Assembly (NCBI GenBank): GCA_040752415.1
Contig: JBFMGU010000012.1
Location: 1 to 64,000, forward strand
DNA from: Myxococcota bacterium
GTDB taxonomy: Bacteria > Myxococcota > JACRCW01
Direction of reading: 5' to 3'
Length of the DNA stretch: 64,000 bases
The notes under the pieces are model-generated. The model searched no databases. It worked only from the letters and a program-made list of their open reading frames with translations, and was not told the DNA's origin. This document shows, in pieces, positions 58,237 to 64,000 of the stretch; the first letter of the stretch is position 1; every line of letters begins with the position of its first letter. The position numbers and the translations under genes were made by a program.

Positions 58237-58728
58237 TCACTGCTTCCCAATGGGCGCCGGTAGCTCCGGGAGGTGCGCGCCAATGGCAACGTCGGGGCGA
58301 TTGAGGTTTGCCACCAGCGTGCGGGCGCACAGCCACGAGAGGAACGCGTAGGTCGGCAACGCGGTGACCCACCCGATCACGGGCACCAGCGCCAAAGCCA
58401 TGAGGATGGCGCACCCGGCCTGGGGCAGCACCAGCGGCAGGGACCAGTCCAACGTCAGCTCCTGTCCCAGGATCAACATGGGGCCCCAGAGCGCGCCGAA
58501 CGGAAGGAACGAGGCCACGGCGAGCTCTTCCTTGTACTGTTGCAGCTCCGGCTTGAGCACGGAGGGAAGAGAGAACGACAGCCAGACCCGCGGGGTCGCG
58601 TTGGCGCCCGGCTGCGGCACGCCGGCGACGGATGACGGGTCGTGGGCGTGCGCGGGCGCAGGCTGCAGGAGGGTGACGGTGACGGCGCACGCCCCCACCA
58701 AGGCAAGGCTCTTGATCCGGTGACGCAT
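58237..58728 (-). CDS. Hypothetical membrane protein
   Basis: RBS GGAGG; signal peptide ending AHA-H; hydrophobic segments. Confidence 0.55.
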   Translation of the reverse strand: MRHRIKSLALVGACAVTVTLLQPAPAHAHDPSSVAGVPQPGANATPRVWLSFSLPSVLKPELQQYKEELAVASFLPFGALWGPMLILGQELTLDWSLPLVLPQAGCAILMALALVPVIGWVTALPTYAFLSWLCARTLVANLNRPDVAIGAHLPELPAPIGKQ

Positions 58729-59012
58729 CTGAAACCTCCCTGTCCGTTACGAGTTCCCCCTGGCACCTGCAGCGGAGCTACCCGTTCCCGGACGCGGCAG
58801 CAGCCACCCCATGTCACGCGCTCCATGCCTGCGCGGTCACGCCCTGGAGTGCTCTGCCAGACGGTCGGGGCTGATCGGAACGGGCACCCTGGTTAGGGTC
58901 CCGGCGTCCACTTGTGAGCGTTCCGGCCAGCTCTCGCGCACCGGATTCGGAGCCGTGCGCACCAGCTGATGCTGCGTCGCGCAGCACGAGGCGAGTTGGC
59001 GCACGTGTCAAT

Positions 59013-59028
59013 TGGCGCGTGGGTTGCG
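59013..59028 (+). promoter_or_regulatory. Putative sigma54 promoter
   Basis: TGGCGCGTGGGTTGCG. Confidence 0.55.
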
Positions 59029-59061
59029 GCCTTGGCGAGCAGGCCAGGAAAGGAGTGTCCG

Positions 59062-59832
59062 ATGTCACCCAGACTTCCATCCGCCGTGATGGCGAGCTTG
59101 CTGACTGCCGCGTGCGCGGCAACGGCGCCGGGAACCAGGCCGCACGAGATGAGCGCCGCCGAGCATGAGCGCGAAGCGGAACAACATGCCCGCACGGCCG
59201 AGCAGCACGCCGCCCAGTACGATCCGACCGCAACGGCAGGAAGCGGCGAATGCGTGACGTCGTCCGGTCGGCGCCTTGACGTGGACGAGGGCATTTGCTG
59301 GTCCGCAAGACAGAATCCCACCTCGGGGCACCTGCGTGCGGCCAAGGAGCACCGGCGCATCGCCGAGCAGCACCGGATGGCGTCGCAGGTACTCCGGGAT
59401 GCGGAAGCGCAGGCGTGCGCGGGCATCGCGCCGGATGACCGCGACATGAGCCCGTTCGACAACACCGAGGACATCGTGAGCGTGGCCAAGCTCACCGAGA
59501 CCCGGTTGCGCGGCGAGAATCCCTACGAGGAGGTGGTTGGCGCCGTGGTGGTGTTCCGCGCTGTTCGCGGCCTCACCGCCGAGTGGCTGCAGCGGGTCGT
59601 CGACTGTCACCTCGCCCGGAACGCAGCCCTGGGACACGTGGCGCCGGACATGCCGGACTGTCCCCTGGTACCCCGCGGCGTGGAGGCCAGGGTGTGGTCG
59701 ACGGGGAACGGCTTCGCGGTGGGCCTCCGTTCAGATGACCCCAAGGTCGTGCGCGAGATTCTCGACCGGACCCAGCGACTCCGCGGGCGCGCGGTGAGCA
59801 CGACCTCTCGCGGGCGGCGGGGGCCGGCATGA
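59062..59832 (+). CDS. His/Cys-containing lipoprotein of unknown function
   Basis: RBS AAGGAG; lipobox TAAC; PHEMSAAEHE..A..H..A..H helices; six Cys including the lipobox Cys. Confidence 0.7.
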   Translation: MSPRLPSAVMASLLTAACAATAPGTRPHEMSAAEHEREAEQHARTAEQHAAQYDPTATAGSGECVTSSGRRLDVDEGICWSARQNPTSGHLRAAKEHRRIAEQHRMASQVLRDAEAQACAGIAPDDRDMSPFDNTEDIVSVAKLTETRLRGENPYEEVVGAVVVFRAVRGLTAEWLQRVVDCHLARNAALGHVAPDMPDCPLVPRGVEARVWSTGNGFAVGLRSDDPKVVREILDRTQRLRGRAVSTTSRGRRGPA

Positions 59833-61310
59833 TGCCTACGCGCTCCCACCAGCGACGAGCCGTGGGGCTGCGCACCGTGTTGGCCGCGTTGGCGTTGGCG
59901 TTGGCGCTGGCGTCAGGCGCGTGCGCGGGAGGCTCCGCCAACGGGCCCGCGCGACCCCAGGATCTCCGCATTGCGGTCATCGGCGCGGGAGCGTCGGGCC
60001 TGACGGCGGCGTACACCCTCAAGAAGCTCGGCTACGACAACGTCACCGTGTACGAGGCGCTGCCGCAGGTGGGCGGGAAGGTCAGCTCCTACGCCCACGA
60101 CAAACACGTCTTCGAGCTCGGCGCGGTGATGGCCATGGCGGACTACACCACCGTCCTTGGTCTGGCCCACGAGCTTGGTATCCGCCTCCAAGACTTCCAA
60201 CAGGAATGGACCATCCACGGGCGCGACGGCCAACACCATGACGTGAAGAGCTACCTGTCCGCCAAGCACGGCCTGCGACACTCACTTGAAGCGCTACACC
60301 GGATGGAGCACCTGGCGCTCAAGTATCCGCACCTGCACCACGCCAACCTGGGAGCGGACCCGGACCTGTACCTGCCCTTTGCAGCCTATGCCCGGAAGCA
60401 CGGGCTCGAGGCCCTCACCGACGGGTTCAAGCCTTTCATCGTCGGGTGTGGGTACGGCTACTACGAGGAAGTTCCGGCGCTGTACGTCATCAAGCTTGCG
60501 CGCATGATGGAAAACACCGCCGTGCGGAGCGCGCTCGCGGGCATCTCCCCGGGCGCCGCGCCGTTCACTCGCGTCTTTCCCGAAGGCTTCCAGAAGCTGT
60601 GGGAAGCCGTGGCGGCGCGCCTCCACGTGCGGCTCAACCACCGGGTGACGCGCATCGTGCGCAAGCCGTTGGGGCCGGATCAATGGAACATCTTCATCAC
60701 CGCGGCTGGTTCCACCGCGGCCTACGACGCGGTCGTCATTTCGTCGCCCCTCGACAAGGCCCTGCAGTTCCTGGACGCCAGTCCCGAGGAGCGCGACCTC
60801 TTTTCGCGAATCCAGACCTACCAGTACTTCGTCACCGTGTTCGAGGGCGACGGCCTCCCCACGAAGGAGGCAGTGGTCTACGAAACCGCAACCGCTCCTG
60901 AGTCCATCGGTCACGTCATCGTCCTGCACCACAAGTACGAGGACGCACGGATCTGGACCGCGTATCAGCTCGCCCGCAAGGCCCAGGGGCCGGAGGAGGT
61001 GACGCGGATCCTGCGTGACGACGTCATGAGCCTGGGCGGCCGCGTGGACACGGTGATCCGTCAGCAGGCCTGGTCCTATTTCCCGCACGTCAAGACGGAG
61101 GACCTCCAGGCGGGCTTCTATGAGCGCATGGAGGCCCTGCAGGGCAGCCAGGGAACGTACTACGTGGGCGCCATCATGAACTTCGAGACCGTCGAGCACA
61201 CCGCGGCGTACGCCCAGCGGCTGATGCTCAAACACTTCCAGGCGCGCGCGCCTGCGGCTGGCCGGGCGCCGCCCGACGTCCCTGGAAACGCGGTGAGTGC
61301 GCGCCGGTGA
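59829..61310 (+). CDS. FAD-dependent oxidoreductase (amine oxidase-like), exported
   Basis: IAVIGAGASGL, YE....VGGK, FELGA, W.YFPHV, FET.E. Confidence 0.85.
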   Translation: MMPTRSHQRRAVGLRTVLAALALALALASGACAGGSANGPARPQDLRIAVIGAGASGLTAAYTLKKLGYDNVTVYEALPQVGGKVSSYAHDKHVFELGAVMAMADYTTVLGLAHELGIRLQDFQQEWTIHGRDGQHHDVKSYLSAKHGLRHSLEALHRMEHLALKYPHLHHANLGADPDLYLPFAAYARKHGLEALTDGFKPFIVGCGYGYYEEVPALYVIKLARMMENTAVRSALAGISPGAAPFTRVFPEGFQKLWEAVAARLHVRLNHRVTRIVRKPLGPDQWNIFITAAGSTAAYDAVVISSPLDKALQFLDASPEERDLFSRIQTYQYFVTVFEGDGLPTKEAVVYETATAPESIGHVIVLHHKYEDARIWTAYQLARKAQGPEEVTRILRDDVMSLGGRVDTVIRQQAWSYFPHVKTEDLQAGFYERMEALQGSQGTYYVGAIMNFETVEHTAAYAQRLMLKHFQARAPAAGRAPPDVPGNAVSARR

Positions 61311-61389
61311 TGCCCCTGGAGCCGTTGCCGCGGTGTGGAATGCCCCTCACGTGCGTGCTAATCGACGATCCGCAACGGAGCATGCCACC

Positions 61390-61998
61390 ATGCGCGTTCT
61401 CGGCCTTGCCCTGTTTGTCCTGATGGTGCCGCCGGCGTGTACGGGCCACCGCAGCACGCACAGCGCGGCGGTGCGGGACCTGCCAACCCCACCGGCTCGG
61501 GCGCTCCGCGTCGCGGTCACGGACTTCACGGATGCCACGCCCGGCGGCGGGGTCCACGCGCACGGAGACTCGCAGCCGGTCGCGCATGCCCACGGCGTGG
61601 TCTTTGCGGACGCCTTTTCCCGCGCGCTGCTGGAGCTTCCGGGATATGAGGTCGTCGAGCGCCGGGAGCTGGCTCGCGTGCTGGCGCAGCACGAGAACCT
61701 GCAGCTCATTGGCGAGGCCACCGGCGAGCTGAAGAAGCTGATGGACCTTGACGGCCTGGTCTTCGGGACGGTCACCGGCTTCGCCGAGGATCGCGAGCTG
61801 GGCCACAACCATGGCGACGTGCGTGCCAACGCGCGCCTCGTGGACCTTGCCACGGGGCGGATCGTGTGGAGCGCGGAGAGCCAGGTCCGGGTCATGGGAA
61901 CGCCCGAGGACGCCGCCGCCGAAGCCGCGCGTGGGATGGTCGCCGAGCTTGCGCGCAAGCACCCAGCGGGATGGTCCTCCGTCACCACCGCGCGATGA
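61390..61998 (+). CDS. CsgG/LpoB-like lipoprotein with His-rich insert
   Basis: RVAVTDF, Y.VVER..L..VL, DGLV.G.V, ARLVD..TG.IVW. Confidence 0.7.
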   Translation: MRVLGLALFVLMVPPACTGHRSTHSAAVRDLPTPPARALRVAVTDFTDATPGGGVHAHGDSQPVAHAHGVVFADAFSRALLELPGYEVVERRELARVLAQHENLQLIGEATGELKKLMDLDGLVFGTVTGFAEDRELGHNHGDVRANARLVDLATGRIVWSAESQVRVMGTPEDAAAEAARGMVAELARKHPAGWSSVTTAR

Positions 61999-62013
61999 GC
62001 CGGCTGCGGCACG

Positions 62014-62506
62014 TCACGCCAGGTCGCGCGCCACCGCTTCAATCGCCTTGAGTCCCTGTCCGAAGCGCGCCATCGCCTCGCGGTTCTGCTCCAGCTCTCC
62101 GTAGGGCAGGTAGCGCACGCGCAGGTCGGCGACTCGCTGGAACGCAGGTCGCGCAAGCTGGGCCCGCACGTCCTTCTCCCGCTCGTCGGGCGCCACCAGG
62201 AACAGCCCACGTGCGGCGCCCTGCTGCGCCCCAGCGCCAGGTCCAGCAGATGAACAATCCCCGAATAAATCGACGTCGTGTGTTCGACCTCGAATGCCGC
62301 GCCGACATTGTCCGCGCCACACTCCAGCCACAGCACGTCGACAAGCCGGATGGCGTGTCTCCGGGCGCTTCCGCCAGCTCTCCTGGCAACTCCTCCAGGC
62401 ATCCGTCGCCCAGGCGTCTTCCGTCGAGCATTCGACCGCGCTGCCGGTAGGAGCCCGCGGGGTCGTCGCGCCAGCGGGTGATGAGGGTGCGGACCAGATC
62501 GGTCAT
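62014..62506 (-). pseudogene. Deleted, frameshifted PD-(D/E)xK restriction-endonuclease-like gene
   Basis: Pieces in three frames: MTDLVRTLITRWRDDP..., IRLVDVLW...AAFEVEHTTSIYSGIV.LLDL, LFLVAPD.RE..VR.QL.RPAF. Confidence 0.65.
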
Positions 62507-62777
62507 GTGCTGAACCTCGAACGGGGTTTCCGGCGTCGTGGTGGTGCCCCTGGTTGACGTCACACGGTGCCCATGAGCCGGAACGCCGCGCAACGGCTCG
62601 GCCCTCCGTTGTTGGAGGATGGTCTCCACAGCTCTGGCAACGCTTCGGCCCGCGGACGACACACGACGCAGCGGTCCCTCCCCCGCGCCGCACCGGAACG
62701 CGCAAGACCTGCGAGAGCGCGGGTTCAGGCGAAAATCCCCGAAGCTCACCCTCGAGCGTGAAGCGCGCACATCCGCG

Positions 62778-62793
62778 TGGCATTGCGCATGCA
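62778..62793 (+). promoter_or_regulatory. Putative sigma54 promoter
   Basis: TGGCATTGCGCATGCA. Confidence 0.55.
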
Positions 62794-62805
62794 GCGGCAC
62801 CGAGC

Positions 62806-63117
62806 ATGGAGCCGGACGCTCACACCAGCACTTCGCCTCCGACGATCCGACGAGATCGGCTGCTGTTCGTGGTTGCGGTTGCGGTCGCGGTTGTCCTCCA
62901 GTGGCCAAACCTCTCCACCCTCGTCATGTTCCCCTTGCTCGTCGTGATGTACGTGCGTCTCGCCTTCCGTGAAGTAGCGGACATGGAGAAGGAGCTCGGG
63001 GGGGAGTACCGCGCCTACCGACGGCGCACGTCGGCCTTCATTCCACGCCTCAAGCGCGCCCGCGCCACGCCGCCCATGACCGGGCCGGCGGTCGCGGGTG
63101 GTGCTCACGGAGCATGA
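62806..63117 (+). pseudogene. Truncated isoprenylcysteine/PEMT-type membrane methyltransferase (C-terminal part)
   Basis: LQWP.L.TLVMFP.LVVMYVRLA.RE...G.EY..Y......FIP; lacks the upstream TM helices and RHP motif. Confidence 0.6.
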
Positions 63118-63118
63118 C

Positions 63119-64000
63119 ATGGAGATCACCTTCTGCGGTGCCGCGGGCACCGTCACCGGCTCGAAGTACCTTGTCACGTCGGGGAAGCGGCGGCTCCTGG
63201 TGGATTGCGGCTTGTTCCAGGGGCTGAAGGAGCTGCGGCTGCGCAACTGGTCACCATTTCCGTTCCAGGCGGTGGGGATCGACGCCGTGTTGCTCACGCA
63301 CGCCCACCTCGATCACAGCGGTGCCATTCCGTTGCTGGTGAAGGCGGGATTCCGCGGCCGGGTCCACTGCACCCGTCCCACACGGGACCTGTGCGAGATC
63401 CTGCTCACCGACTCGGGCCGACTGCTCGAGGAGGAAGCCGCCTACGCGGAGCGCAAGGGCTACTCCAAGCACAAGCCTCCCCAGCCGCTCTACACCGCGG
63501 ACGACGCCAAGGCCGCGCTCACCCATCTCCGCCCCTGGGACATGTTCGAGCCGGTGGATCTCGGCGACGGTCTGCGCGCCACCTTCCTGCGGGCCGGGCA
63601 CATCCTCGGCGCATCCATGATCCTCCTCGAGGACGAGCATCACCGCGTGCTCTTCACCGGGGACCTGGGTCGTCCGCGGGACCCCCTCATGTTCCCGCCC
63701 ACAACGGTGAAGCACGCTGACTGCGTCGTCGTGGAGTCGACGTACGGCAACCGGAAACATCCCGACGTCGATCCGGCGGGGGAGCTGGCCGCGGTCATCA
63801 ACCGGACCATCAACCGCGGAGGCACCGTCGTGGTTCCGAGCTTCTGCGTGGGACGCGCACAGGAGTTGCTGCACTACGTGGCCCACCTCAAGGCGGCCCG
63901 GAGGATTCCCGACGTTCCCGTGTTCCTGAACAGCCCCATGGCCCAGGACACCACGGACCTCTACTGCCGGCACGCGCAGTACCACCGCTGCACGCCGGAA
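63119..64000 (+). CDS. MBL-fold beta-CASP metallo-hydrolase (3'-partial)
   Basis: MEITFCGAAGTVTGSKYL, VDCGLFQG, THAHLDH, AGHILG, FTGDLG, VESTYG; runs off the window. Confidence 0.92.
   Translation, partial: MEITFCGAAGTVTGSKYLVTSGKRRLLVDCGLFQGLKELRLRNWSPFPFQAVGIDAVLLTHAHLDHSGAIPLLVKAGFRGRVHCTRPTRDLCEILLTDSGRLLEEEAAYAERKGYSKHKPPQPLYTADDAKAALTHLRPWDMFEPVDLGDGLRATFLRAGHILGASMILLEDEHHRVLFTGDLGRPRDPLMFPPTTVKHADCVVVESTYGNRKHPDVDPAGELAAVINRTINRGGTVVVPSFCVGRAQELLHYVAHLKAARRIPDVPVFLNSPMAQDTTDLYCRHAQYHRCTPE

Noticed and set aside
1..64000. tRNA/rRNA genes, integrase or prophage
   Set aside because: None recognised by eye; a covariance-model scan would be needed to exclude small RNAs

Overview
This is a GC-rich bacterial window; gene content suggests a Myxococcota/deltaproteobacterial-type genome (inference). 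It has three parts. (1) ~1-32.6 kb: a large flagellar cluster running from partial fliH through fliI, fliK, flgDE, flbD, motAB, fliLMNOPQR, flhBAFG, fliA, an inverted fliJ, flgFGAHIJMNKL and fliCDS. It carries recognisable sigma54 and sigma28 promoters, an HUH/Y1 transposase nested in palindromic repeats between flgE and flbD, and an apparently catalytically dead class I adenylate-cyclase-like gene between flgL and fliC. (2) ~32.6-39.3 kb: a cytoplasmic HDOD/response-regulator/histidine-kinase block with sigma28-like promoters. (3) ~39.5-64 kb: a mosaic copper-response island with two multicopper oxidases, a CopA-type ATPase, His/Met-rich lipoproteins, a His-loop sensor kinase with an NtrC-family activator, several gene remnants and three further long palindromic repeat loci. 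The most notable unannotated signals are a 40-aa stand-alone peptide ending in (xxCCGN)x3 and a recurring 16-bp palindrome (TGGAGAATATTCTCCA-like) at four loci, three of them next to sigma54 promoters. All calls come from reading motifs by eye; no database searches were run.
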